From NCBI GenBank assembly GCA_049724395.1, contig JAUGWO010000063.1, positions 62,001 through 126,000 of the forward strand: a stretch of 64,000 bases of DNA, written 5' to 3'. Positions within the stretch are counted from its first letter, which is position 1. The number at the start of each line of letters is the position of its first letter. Source of the stretch: Spongospora subterranea f. sp. subterranea. Lineage: Eukaryota. Made by a program: the position numbers and the translations under genes. Of the stretch, positions 39,350 through 52,600 are shown one piece after another. The notes beneath the pieces are model-generated. The model was given only the letters and a program-made list of their open reading frames with translations. It ran no database searches and was not told the origin of the DNA.

Positions 39350-41214
39350 ATGGCGAAGAGAACCAGCACATCACAGAAGAGGGCGTCACCGGGAACTCCC
39401 GTTGACTCGATCGGCGAACAAGGCGAATCGTCCAGTTCGCAGTCGTCACCAGGTCGTCGTTCGGTCTCGTCTAGGGGACCACCACCCGTCCCCAATCCAC
39501 CACTCCCCAATCCATCATGGTAATGTTCTCACCCCGAGATGGCGTGTGTGCGATCCCGCACCACCATAGCCATAACGAGCATTGTGTCGTTTGACACAGG
39601 ATTGGCCACATACCCGGTATGGTCATCGTGGCGTGCCTGTTTGGCGCCATCACCTACCGACAGGCCGCCGAGATCCGCCACCTTTCCTCCCGTCTTGACG
39701 CGTTGCGTGTGCCCGACCCCGACATTGATTACAGCAACGTGGCGCTACAGCTGCGGGTACGCGATCTCGAGACTCAACAACAGCACCGCAGCCAAGATGG
39801 GTCACGACAAGTCTCTACAACAGCCAACATGGATGCCATTGCCTTACGTCGCGCCCTGTATCGTCTCGATGCAGATCGTACTGAACGTATTGATTATGCA
39901 TCGGAGGCCACGGGAGCCAGTATGTTGGTTTTATTATCCCCAATGTTTATTGAGTGTTGTCGCGTTGAAACACGTGTTGGAGTGAATGAGCTCCCTCATC
40001 GTCGAGATCTATCTCAGTGTTAACGATGTTGCGTGTTCGTGTTGATTGAGACAGGTGTTGTGATCGACACTAGGAATAAATCTATTGTGTGTGTGTGTGT
40101 GATTATGGCAGAGATTATATCAAGCTCAGGAATCCATTGGCCAACTGCCACTAGTCGTCTGTCACGGTACCTCATCCATTCCATGTTTTTAGTTGTTTTC
40201 AACGAGATGTCATTCTGAGCTCGGTATTGTTATACATTTGCTGTTTTCGATATATATAATCGTCTCGTAAGTCAGTTGAGTTATCATCATCAACAACCCA
40301 CGGCGGTGCCCAATCCCATATCTTGTGCCTCAACCGATCTGTTTTGGTTAGGTTATGGCTGTTCCCACCACATTCCGAATACGATATGCTGCGTCCCTCG
40401 ATGCAACTCGGCGATTGCTGGTATGTCATTTCTTCTTCAGCATTCCTTTTTTCGTGACCAACACGATAATCATGCACAATCCTAGCCATTGTCTCAATGC
40501 TCAAACCTAACTCGTAATTACATTGTATCGCACCGTGTTCTGTTAGAAGTGAATTGGTTCTGGGTCAACGGAGTGTGAAGGAGATTGTTGAGTTCCAATT
40601 GGCGGTAATCTGCCAGGTCAGGTCTAATATACGGTCCATCAGGCCAATGCCTGGTGCAACAGGTTGGGCAGTTATCCAGCTGTCCAACCCCATTCGGGTG
40701 GACGCCATCACCATTCAGCACGTCGCCCCAGAATCATCGCCGTATTTTACGTAATATCGCAAGTTGACTTCTTCCGAATTTCACCGTGTCGCCCGACCCA
40801 TTGGATGTCCTTTTCTTCTGTGATCAAACACAACTCAACAAGATTTTCCTGGCGATTGTTTAGGAAATATTCTGAAATTTCCCTGATTTAGATGGCTGTT
40901 GTTCTGATTGTTGATTTATTGTTCATGGAAGTTCAGTGGAATATTTCCCGAAATCAACGTCCAATGTTCTGTATAGGTCGGCGCCGAGATCGTTCAGCCT
41001 ATCTGCCTTTTGTGATGGCGAACAAGGAGCGGAAAAACTGGGTCATGGTGAGTACCTTCGACCTTCCAGTGCTGATGGAGTTTCAACGGTCCAGACCGTC
41101 GACTTCCCCAGGCCCTCGTCGTGCGTCACGTCCAAGGTGAACTTCACGGTTGAGGGCAACTTCGGAGCCGATGATTACACGTGCCTTTACAGGGTTCGAA
41201 TACATGGATCATAG
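39350..41214 (+). CDS. SUN-domain (Sad1/UNC-84) nuclear envelope protein, multi-exon
   Basis: TM segment and coiled coil, then DADRTERIDYASEATGA, IQLSNPIRVDAITIQH, SAPRSF, NFGADDYTCLYRVRIHG. Confidence 0.92.
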
Positions 41215-41379
41215 AGCAATACTATATCCCATCCATCATCTGTTCTGTGTAGTCTGTGTTCACCACACCTCAGTGTGATTCGGGAGATCGAGCGCCAATC
41301 GTAGAAAAGCAATGTTCGTTTTTATGAACGTTTTCGTGCAATGATAGAGATTGGCTGTAGATGGGATTAGGACGTCGTT

Positions 41380-41991
41380 ATATCAGAGATGATCCCCTCC
41401 TACCAATTCTCTTGACAGGATCAGGGCGGGGACCGCCTCGAATGGCGATGCTGTGGATTTGCACTGAGATTGGGAACAGCTTTGCGATTGGAAAAACAGT
41501 CGTGATCGGGCACATTATTGAATAACTCTGGTGAAATTGATGTTTTGCCAATCCGACCGCTGCAGTTTCTGTCTTCGACAGCGATGTATGAACAACTATT
41601 CGGGACTCGGCAACAATAATTGCCAGGATATGGTCAGGAACTGCAGTTGTTGAGTGTGGTTAAGCGAGGTGGAGCAGGAACAAACACAGGACATAATCAA
41701 CCAGATCAGTAGAACTGATGAGATCAACATCAAACTACATCGACGCGCGTTCGTCAGAACAAACCACGATCGGTTCTTGGGACTTTTGTGAATTACTCAC
41801 TGATTCATTCTGAGTTGAAAATGACCTTATGGGAACACGGTGTGAAAATCATGAAAACACAAGAAACGGCGAAACCCAGATGATGATGATAATATTTCAT
41901 GTTGTATTCCAGCAAGTAAGGCGACGGCCCTAGGAGATGGCCACGACGGCGGCGGATTGTCAAAACAGGACGGCGGGGGCGGCTCGCGCAT
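41380..41991 (-). CDS. Possible small multi-exon hypothetical gene, head-to-head with CTF8
   Basis: ATG at 41991 (MREPPPPSCFDNPPPSWPSPRAVALLAGIQHEIL) followed by short candidate exons with GT-AG borders. Confidence 0.3.
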
Positions 41992-42023
41992 CCTCTGTTG
42001 GGGGGGCGGGACCGATCACCCCG

Positions 42024-42686
42024 ATGCCGATTATGGTGACGATGGAGGACGGCGAACAAGGCTGGATCATGGTCGAACTGCAGGGGGAGCTGGAGATGTC
42101 GGCCAATATGACATTGCATGGTCAGGACCTTGGCCGCCTCGACCTTCAATCGGTAAACACGATCACGGTTTTCGGTCTCATGAAATTCACGTCAAATCGG
42201 GCGATTTTATTCCCATTGCCCTTCTTGCGTTGTTTCTTCAATTCGACCCTGAAAGTGTTCATTATTTTTACAAGAGGATTTTCATGTTCTCGTGCAGATT
42301 CACTGTTTGAAAACAATCGACATTTCATATAATTCTGTTGGCCATATATATATGTCCATATATTATTCAATTCCTAACAGTTGCTTGTGGTTGGACTATT
42401 TTTGCTGCAGGATGGCGTAGCTTGGTTGACGATCGGCAACCATAAACTGCAAGGGGCGATCGAAACTCTGCAAAAACCGTTGGCCGTTGCCAGCACACGT
42501 CGGCACGGGGACGGCGAGGATATCAGGTTCCCCCGGATGCCGCCGAACTTGTCATTGCCACCCCGTTGAACATCTGTTTGGCACCTCAGGAATAACGCCA
42601 ACCGCAGGGTTGAGATAAAAGGGTTCATTCGCCAGAAGTTCGTGTTCCGCCAGCGCCCATTCCCGATCACCAACGCCATATCATAG
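42024..42686 (+). CDS. CTF8: Chromosome transmission fidelity protein 8; 2 introns
   Basis: WIMVELQGELE...LGRL|..LTIGNHKLQGAIETLQKPLAV|..IKGFIRQKFVFRQRPFPI. Confidence 0.92.
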
Positions 42687-43046
42687 TTGATCAACGCGTA
42701 TCCACAATTGGCGATAACGGCTCCATGGTCTAACCTCAACCGCATCCAGTTCGACTCCAACTCACGTCCGGTTTTTTCTGATAAAATAATAGGTTGTTGA
42801 AAACAGGATTTTCGTGCGTGAAAGTCACGAGAGTTCGGGTGGTTCCGAATGTCCAAAGTGCCAACCGGTCGCCACCTGGCGAAAATCGCCGGTTGTTGGC
42901 GTTACACTGTATGGGGTAACCGAAATACCTACTGGTGTCGGGTACAAATGATGGACGTGACTGGTTCTGTTTTAGATTTTAAAAGGGTACTAGTTTACGA
43001 CATTCAGTTTACGTTCTGCAAAAGTGGTTTCAGAGGATTTGTTATA

Positions 43047-43293
43047 AGTCTTTGGACAGTTATCGTCGGTTTGGTGCAGTCTTTGGACGGTTATCGTCGG
43101 TTTGGTGCAGTCTTTGGACGGTTATCGTCGGTTTGGTGCAGTCTTTGGACGGTTATCGTCGGTTTGGTGCAGTCTTTGGACGGTTATCGTCGGTTTGGTG
43201 CAGTCTTTGGACGGTTATCGTCGGTTTGGTCAGTCTTTGGACGGTTATCGTCGGTTTGGTGCAGTCTTTGGACGGTTATCGTCGGTTTGGTGC
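43047..43293. repeat. Minisatellite: 8 copies of 31-bp agtctttggacggttatcgtcggtttggtgc
   Basis: Head-to-tail with no spacers; copy 1 has a G>A change and copy 6 lacks one G. Confidence 0.97.
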
Positions 43294-43677
43294 CATGGAT
43301 AGCATTCGGTAATACCTAAACATGATGAGAAAGTGATTCTCTCATCCGGGAGTTAACGGCTCAGAGTTCGCCTGCCGCCCTGCAGATGCTGCTGTGTATT
43401 GGGGGAAGGAGGGAGAATTGTTGGAATATAGAGCCGTGTATTAGAGGAGAAAAGAGAGAGCGACAAAGCAGGTCGAACGGAAGCTCCAGGGGGACAATCG
43501 CATAGGGTCAAAGCATTACACCTTCGATAAACAGCCCCAAAACGTTTATGCATCATGCGGTAGAACAACGCACCTATCAAATGCAGAACTAAATCACAAC
43601 AGGAAAGTTGGATTGGTTGGAGAGGATAATCTGGTATCTGAACCAAGATTTATGACACATAGACAGGGGTTTTGATG

Positions 43678-44050
43678 ATGAAGGCGAACGGGATTGAGTA
43701 AGTCTAACACATTGGCCCTGTTCTCTGGAATCAATCGATCGGCTGATCACATGAATCGAAGTAGATAGGTATTTCTTCTTTGTCTTGTTTCCTGTAGGGT
43801 TTGGAATCAAAACCTGGAATTGATTATAATGAATACATGACGTAGCTGATCTAGGGGGATCAAGTCGTGAACATGGAGTGGTTTACCTACTACGACATGC
43901 CCATCGTATATCATGACATTCTAAGAAACAAACATGAAAAAGAGGGAAAAACCTATCTACTTCTATTCATGTGATCAACCGATCGATTATTTCCAGAGAA
44001 CAGGGCCTATGTGCAATGTGTTAGACTCACTAGACCCGTTCGTCTCATCT
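43678..44050. repeat. Long imperfect inverted repeat (hairpin 3): arms of about 115-125 bp, spacer of about 130 nt
   Basis: gaacggg..agtctaacacattggccctgttctctggaa..aatcgatcgg.tgatcacatgaat.gaagtagataggt pairs with acctatctacttc.attcatgtgatca.ccgatcgatt..ttccagagaacagggcc..aatgtgttagact..cccgttc. Confidence 0.9.
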
Positions 44051-44112
44051 TTGACTCTGAACTCATCCTTGCCCGTTTAGCGAAACGGCGCTACTGTTGC
44101 GCCATTCCTCCA

Positions 44113-46272
44113 ATGCGAGCCCTCAAGTTGTTGGGATTGCTGCTTGTGGCCATCAGACCGACCCGAACTGCGACAATCGAACCTTGGGTCGGTTGCCACG
44201 AACCGCTTGGCTCAGGTCAGGCCAATGCCGCCACAACAATCGCCTCATGGACTTCATCGGTATGGATGGCGGATTGTCGCTCCAAAGAATTGCCTGAATT
44301 CTGAGATCATTGGTCCTTGCAGGACACCATGGCGCAATCGCAGGAATGGGCAATGCTCCTTGATGAGCCCCACAAGTTACACTTTCCAGTATTCGAATAT
44401 TCGACATTGGAGGGGCCGCATGGCGAGTCCATGTTGGCGCGTGATATGTCCAATATCAACCGTGTCGATCAGTTTGGTGAATGTTCTTCGATGAATGTCG
44501 CCGCTCAGTTCATCTTCAAATAGAGATTCGGCTTGTTAAGTGCCTTTTTAGGAATGGGACTCGAGCCCGGGTTCGAAAATTGACGCGTCTCATATCAATA
44601 TCGATTCTCAACAGTTGAGCCAAGAGGGCGGGAACCTCGATTACCTTATCGATCCAGATCCAATTCCAACTGATTTGGAGATGTTGCCCTCAAAAAATTC
44701 TCTCGAGAATCTCGTGTTCGATAGCAGCAACGCCCATCAGTTTGATGACAGTTCTTTCACAGATTTAGCGGTTCAGTTCAAGTCCAACATTTGAATCGGT
44801 TTGCTAATTAGTTCGTCTTAGGATTGGAATCCGAGCACAACTTCAACCCGTGATGCATTTCGTATCAGTATTGATGGTCAACAGTCAATTGCAAGCGTAG
44901 AGGGCGAAACTTCCGATTGCCGCATCGGAGATGCGATTAATTCGAACACCCAGGCTGTTGACATTCGTAAAAAAATCGTGCGAGTAAGGGATTGCCGATG
45001 ATCGTGATCACCAATATCTGCTTATGGAGTACTAGAATGGATTTCCTGAGCACACCAAAAAAATATGTAACTCTCGTGATGCCAAGTACTTGGTGGCAAT
45101 GAGAATGCTCAGTCGGGTCCTAAACTGGGACCTGGATGAGGTCAAAGACTATGAGAGTCTCTGTGTGTTTCTGGTCAGAACTCTGGTTCCCCGCTCTGTC
45201 TGGGATGTGATTTTCAAAAACGGTATCGTCTGCTTAGGGAAAGGAGACGAATGCAGAACAGGTCGAATTTCACAACCGTGCCGCCATAACGGAAAACGTC
45301 ATGAAACTACTGTTGAGCGGCAGGTCAGGGCAGAATACCGATGAGGTCGGACAAAACAACATCGATGTTCCTCAACCTAGGCTTATCGCCCAGGCAACCA
45401 GCACCATGCAAAAACTGATCTTCATTTCTAATTTTGTTTTGAAACTGGTGGTTTCTTGCGCAAGATCGCCCTGCAAGATCAGACCTAATTTGAGTTATTG
45501 TCTCAAGCGCATATGTATCCCCGTCCTTCGATGTCTTGTGCAATGTTGTGGCAAAGACATGGACCTGTTCCAGGCACGTTGGGGAACGCCTTTCCTGCAC
45601 CGTAGTTTTGGAGTGAAATGCTGCCCCGGTCGTGGATCAAATCATGACACCTGCGGCTACAACTGGACGAAAATCGTCAGAAACCCTGTCAACAGGTCTT
45701 CATTCAACCTTTTTTTTTAAGAATCACTGATGAACATTTGCGCTTTCAGAGACAACTCCGGTTTATTGGATCTCAAAGCTCTTATTGTTGCTGTGCAAAC
45801 GTCAACAACCGCCGAAGAAAAGCTCAATCTGTGTCGTGAATTCAATGAGAAATACCGATCAAGTGACACCAATCCTCGACATGTTCTCCAATCATTTCAT
45901 GGCACGTCTCAGAAACCCATCTGGGGGTGTTATGTCCATCACTGTGGCCAAGATATAAGTGAATGGATTCGAAAATGGGGCGCTCAATTCACGCATGGGT
46001 CATTCGGCAGACGGAAATGTCATGGCTTGAAGTCCCTTAATTGCGGATCGATCGAGCCACTATTTGATATTCCAGCAAGACTTGAGCTTCGCCATAAATC
46101 AACCAGAGACCTCCTCCCGGCGCTTTCCGAAATTCTCAAAGAGTATGATCAGTTCGTGAATGAGAAAACCGCACCAATGAGATCGGCGCATCGGCGTTTA
46201 GCCACTTTGGTCAGCACATTGCTTTCGTCCTCTCAACAATTGTTTACATCATCATTGCGCTGGAAGTGTTGA
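44113..46272 (+). CDS. Hypothetical secreted protein, multi-exon (possibly partly disrupted)
   Basis: MRALKLLGLLLVAIRPTRT resembles a signal peptide; a chain of open exons with GT-AG borders ends in a 180-aa ORF. One junction near 44480-44550 could not be phased. Confidence 0.5.
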
Positions 46273-46949
46273 GGAATTTGTTCGGAGATGGGGAGATTCA
46301 GTACACTACACTAAGTTCAGTCGCGATTGCTGTCCTGGACCAGACAAAAAGGAATCTGATATATGTCGATATAATTCTCTGTCAAGGTTAACTATGGGCT
46401 GTCCCTCCAATGCTCGTACAATGTTTGACACAAACCCAATTACTGAACAAAATGGGCAATAAATCGACTTGTGGATGTGGAATAGAACCGATTTTTTGTC
46501 GGAATACTCATAATGGGTTATGAAATACGGATTGGGAGATGTGATATATCGAGCCAACAATCGCAATAGAAGCGAATGTTTAACATTGACGATAACGGTC
46601 GAGGGAGTCTGTTGCAATATTTCACGTGAAGGGCAACGGTCAAGGTATTTATTCACAAATAACACGACATCGCCGACCACGACACCACTAATTTCATGAA
46701 TGTGGACCGTCATCTATTAGATGCGATTTGGTCACTCGACCTCCCGCCGCCTTCAAATGTCAACCTTTCCTCAGCGTATCATCTGACCCTATGTCGCTGA
46801 TAATACGCTCCGAATTCCACGAACTTGTATCGCCCAGGTCTCATTGGTTCGTTCTGGTAATTGTGCACAATCAAACAGATTAGCGACGTGCTGCAATTGC
46901 AACAATGCAGATTGGTGATTAACTTTTATAATTCGTTTTACAATGTCGT

Positions 46950-47760
46950 GTTTCAGACGAAGAATTAGGTGATATGGCGAGGTCCTGCGCCAGGGCCATT
47001 GAAACCATCACGAAGTCCAACGTCAAATGGAAACACTGAGTTCTAGAAAAGTGGTTTTCGAGTCCATAAGGGGGCTTGTTCGTTGACGAGGAGACAACCT
47101 CGATACATAAACAATCAGCTGGTTTGTGTTGAAGCGACATAACTGGCTCAATGGTGTTCCATAAGGGAATATCCCCAGTGTCCCGATGGTGTTTGGGGTT
47201 TTAGTGTGTCGGGTGAATATCAACCACACAACCATTGAGTCGGTGATGACACATCGCCAACGTGTAGAGAAGGGTTCTTATCGCCAACCTTATGGGTCTG
47301 TGCCCGGATGACGAGCGATCGTCGGATGGCCCTAGCGTAGATATGGGAACTACAGACCAAAACACGTATTGAACGCATAAACAAACAAAACCGCTTCTTC
47401 GTTCAGTATAACGTCCGACCGAGTTGATCAAATTGCAGGTTGGCGATAAGGGCTATGAGCACGTGAACTTGAGGAGGGGAACCTTCCGATCTGCTGTCGT
47501 GGTTTTGACCAACGTTCGTATTCACTGGAGCCTGTTCAAATTAGCTCCATATGGATGTCCAGCACAGTTTCGAAATCTCGTCACGCCATCTCAAAATCCA
47601 TCTGCCCGGCGGTTTGCATCATATGCCCCTGATCCACGAGGGGACCGTTGGTCCATGATCGTTGCCTAGCGAGGCGAATTGCGGATCACTATATCTGGCC
47701 ATGAACGGCACGCCATCATACGAGAATTGCTTGCAGACATCTTCTGTAATGTTCAGTGTC
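46950..47760 (-). pseudogene. Highly degraded coding relic, possibly a KDZ/CxC-type transposase
   Basis: Broken-frame fragments CKQFSYDG, SGHWGYSLMEHH, LCRFNTNQLIVY and NEQAPLW..TTFL loosely follow the KDZ motif order. Confidence 0.25.
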
Positions 47761-49673
47761 GAGTCGCCATAGAACCTAAGTCGAGAAAAATGGCAGGTTG
47801 AGGATCTTTTCGTATGTAATCCTCAACAGTAAAAACGTGGTCCGAATTGACCGCAACAATACGGAAGGGCCCGGGTCCAGAGAACCTTCAGCTTATTTTT
47901 TGAAGCATTTGAAGTATTTTTGATACTAGGATAAAATCTCACACAGAGAAGTTTAGGTGCTTAACCTTATTTCGCCTGGAATTTTCAGCTAGACGCCGTC
48001 GATCACGATTCTCCCCGACATGTTTATGCCACTTTTGCAGGGCTTGGCGAAGGTCCTCCACTAAAGCAAACAGTTGACCCGAATTCAGAGGGACAGAAAC
48101 AATGGATTGAGAATTCGGGGTTCCATATAGAAATTAAACTAACTTTTACTATTCTCAGATGATTCATTCCACCCCTCCACATAATATCGAACCTCCTTTC
48201 AGTGTTTACTCTCTTCCCTAATCTCTGTCATAATTAATCCCCCGATATCACTTGCCCTCAGTTTGAAATTTCTTTCCTTCCCAAATTCATCTCCACCCCT
48301 CCAAAACATGTTTTTTCAAAACACCAAGCTCTAAGCTCTGTCAATGGGACGGATTCTGGCAACAAAATGTCTGAAAGCACGTATGAAGAACCTGACCAAA
48401 GTACTGTTCTTGAAAAAATTTACCGATTTTTCAACACCAGTGATTATGATGAAATAATTTTGCTTTAGTCGCAAATGGTCCTTCAAGTAGTGTGTTTGCT
48501 TGAAGTGAAACTTCACTACTTGCTTGTTCAATGTCGACGCCATAGACAACAATGCGGATTGCTTCATTCAGCATTTGGGAGTCGATATCTGAACATTCCG
48601 GTGCTGTGGTTAGCTTGCCTTCTCATGCTGTCGTAAAACGCTATTTGACCTGTGGTTGTCCAGGCTGAACACGATTTTCACGCCTGCAGCTGGTGCATCC
48701 CTTTTGTAGCTTGGCTGGACGTGTCGTTAGACGGAAATGAATTTCTAACATCTGCATTCGTTATATGTCGGCCGCGTTGGGCTGGCCCACGTACTGGGAG
48801 CTAGAACTAAACAGACACCGGTGCCTTCCCCTGCCCATGAAGTTTCAAGAACTTCTTGAGACGATCGTGTATTCAGCAGATTGCTTATCGCTAAACGAGT
48901 TCGTTTGAAAAGATTGGGAATGTGTGTCGCGAAAGCAACAAGATGCTTGAAATCGGACATGAGTGTGGGTGAAACGAGTGGATTCATCTCGTGAATAAGT
49001 TGATTTGAGCATATGCATCAGCGACAACGTCATATTGATCATTCATTGCTTGTGGTTGGATCCGACCACGTTCTGACCGAGATGCTGTGATCAAATTCAG
49101 TCTAACTAGGGCCATGGGGAACAATGGATGATGTTGGCACCGCCGATTGCGAGGGCGATAACGCTAAGCTGGAGCTGCACGACAATATCGTTTTGCTCCA
49201 GAGTAAGCATCGCTTCGAGTAGCTTTACGTTCTCGACAATACAAGTTTCATCGTCGGCAATCGGCGTGCGATTCTCACCAGAAGTCAATCGTTGAGCTGA
49301 ATGAAGTATCTGTCGACAATGTTTTCATTGTAAGCGCTGTATCTGATTAAATCACACCCTTTCATCAGTTGTGAGACAATACCACTTCTCAAGAGTGCAG
49401 TTTATGACCACAATCGTGCAGCCGCGTCATTGACGATTTATATCGACCGAGCAATCTCAACTCAATTATAGACGGTGAAGGACGACGTTTTTACTCAGTA
49501 CCGACATGTATTGGAGTGCGAACTGTGCCATAGAATTGAGTGTTGACTTGGAGATAGAATTGGATTCATTGATTGAGTTGCTAATTCTCCACCGTTTGGC
49601 ACGTAATCCGGTCGAGGGGAAGTCGTTGTGTAATATATATAGCGACACTCAAAGAAGGAGTCGTTTGACAACT

Positions 49674-52600
49674 TTATATAATGAACTTTGGACGAAATGA
49701 CGTCGGCTGAGAGAGTATGGCGTTGAAAAGCGCTTGACGATCTGAATCGTCAACGTCGTCCGACCCTGAATATGTCAGTCATCAACAGGGACGATGAAAA
49801 CGACAAACAATATCAATCATAGAACGAGATAGAATGTGAAAATCATCTGCAGAATGTCAAGTGGCCTTTAAGAGCGAATTGGAAAGCAAAACGATGTGAA
49901 GGCGCATGATGGTTTCAGGAAGAAGTCCGAGACACGAGAACAAACACAATGATCCAACGAGAAAACGGGCAATTACGCGGCCATCGATCAGGAGAATCGA
50001 CAATCTGATCGTCGTCAACCACATCACCGATTTCGGGGATCGATCGCTCATCGTCACGCTTACCCTTGATCGCTGACCATCGATTACCGTTTGAACACGA
50101 CTCACCACAGTCCAACCAATGTACCTGATGGCCCTCTACCTGTTTCGCTGTGAACTTGACCTGGTGACGCCATCACGTTGCAGGGCCCTGATGCACCGAC
50201 GTTACACGACGCTGTGGTAACGTTACCTGACGTTGCATTGGAACGTCGGTAAACCTGAACCGGCGCGACACATTACCTGGAATGGTTTCGTCGCTGGGCG
50301 ATGCTTGGTCGGCGCGCTCCTTTCCGAACATCGACGATAGGATCTATGTGACAGATGGGCGTTGATGGCGATAACGGGCGTCAACAGTGAAGGTGGACAT
50401 ACCTGTGAATAGTCATACTCGAGTTCCGTCCTAGGGACCGGGCCCAGTTTGAGCTTCTCTGAGAAAACACATATATCACGTGATCTGCTAATCAATAAAC
50501 GTGAAAACATCAATGCAAATATATTGCCACTTGACAGACACATCTTTGTCCATTGGTCAGACACGGAGATAACAGGTCAGAAGATAAAGATGCTGAAAAT
50601 GGCGATGAAAGTACCAACGTACTGAGAATAAGGTCCTGTTGAGTCAGATAATCCGATTCTGGATCATCGCCAAACTGTGTGTGTAAAACGGAGGTCGTTC
50701 CCAATAGCACCGATGTGTGTAAAGAACACTCTAAACAGATAACTGCCTGGATCGCGTCACATGGCAAAACACGATCCCGAAACATCAATCGAGCGTGCGC
50801 TAACAGCGTAGGAAAATCCCGTTATTAACAGCATTGAATTTTTGATTGTGAACGAAAAAAGGCAGAACACAAATCCAGAATAATATTTAGACAAAGGTCT
50901 ATGAGTTGTTTTGGGTGATTTTAGCTAAATTCCTTGAACAGATTTTTAAGCTCGTTGAGACCAATAAAACGACAGAAATTCATGGTGCGAAGGCAATGAA
51001 AAAAAAGTTGGAAAACTGCTGGTCCGGATAAGATGGAGAAAGGATGGGTGAACTTGGGACAAGGTACGACGAAAAGGAACCTGATGAACACACCTTGGGC
51101 TAACCGGATTAGGCTCTCCATAAGGCGAATCGTGGTCCGTCCAGCCGTAGTCGAGCGATGAGTTCCGGCGTTGTAATTGATAATAACGGGTTAATATCTA
51201 TGAAGCCATACGAGGAGGTCACTGAATGGTCAACGAGGGCGTAAAACATTTGAGAAACCATTTCAACAGGTGAACAGCGAATTGCCGAAAAACAAAATAG
51301 GGAAACAGAAACCGTGAAATGGATTACAAGTTGGCTGAATGGCGTCATGGTCGGTTTTAAAGTCTTAATGAGTTCGAAATAGGAGCGCAACTTGGTGAAC
51401 GGCCACGAAGTTGATACGGGTGTGGGAGAAGGAGGGCAGGGAGCGTGTTCGTCAAGCGGGGCACGATCCAGAGAGTTCATAACATGTGTCGCCACTTGTT
51501 CATCCCATCCAGCATCACGACTGTCCAACAATAACACTGAAGACACACCCAAACGATGATTCAGATGTTTTCATGAGCGCGCGCAGCTGAACCAGAAACA
51601 CAAACGTTGTAAACAACAGCAGGATTGAGCAACATGAATTGAACGAAATGACGGAAAATACAGCAGGATTCGATGCCACTTACTGATCATGTCAAATCGG
51701 CTCAATAATGGCGACTCAATCCCAAGATTACTGGGCAGGTCTTTGGTCGCATCAAACGTTCCCTGACATCACATAGACAATGATGAGCCACTCAGGCAGG
51801 ATATCGAAAAAAGAAGACTACAGATAAAACGCAACCAACAGTGGACAACCAAAAAAAAATTCACGATGTCCGATGTAATGGAACAGAGTCGACCAAGGAA
51901 GGGCGATCGTGAACGAAATGAAAGGCGATCCGCAGTGTCGAAGACAGACCTTTGGGTTCATGGCAGCGATGACCGTACAGCGAGTATTAAGCGTGCAGAC
52001 AATACCGGCCTTGGCGACACCTGGAATTGGGAGCCCAATGTTGAGAACAGTTCCGAACCCGAGACATTCACATAGACCAACAAAACTTGACAGAAATCAA
52101 ACAATCAAAACAATCAACGAACGTTTTTTTGAAATTGAACGACAATAAAATGTCGAGAAATCAATTCGAAACCGGAAAATATTGACTGCTATCCAAAAAA
52201 TTCTCAACGAAATTGGAAATTCGTGGACATTATGATGTTGTTGTACTTAATGTTTGCTGTTCCATGGCTTCATGGATTGAGGCGCGATCCGTAACCCGAA
52301 TAGATCCGAATTCATCGATGCAGCAGACCCCACAATCGGCAAGAACCAGGGCGCCAGCCTCCAGGGCCATCTCACCGTCTCCATCTCGGATACAGGCCGC
52401 CGTCAGACCCGCGGCCGTCGTACCGATTCCTATTCGACAAGATCACGTCATCATGAGATATTGCGAAAAGTTTACAGAACAGCAAACAAGCCAAGTTGCC
52501 GGTCCAAACTTGCTGACAAGTTCAACAATAAAACAACGATGATCAGCGACGATATTCTATGAGAAATGGAAACTTCTAGAGCAATGAAAATAACGGTCGG

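Noticed and set aside
43047..43293. CRISPR array, or the three repetitive ORFs over it
   Set aside because: Units are contiguous with no unique spacers, there are no cas genes and the context is eukaryotic; the ORFs are by-products of a stop-free 31-bp unit.
48300..49650. Degenerate coding-like region; considered Fanzor/TnpB
   Set aside because: Many stops, and no RuvC (DPG, E, RDxNA) or zinc-finger motifs were found by eye.
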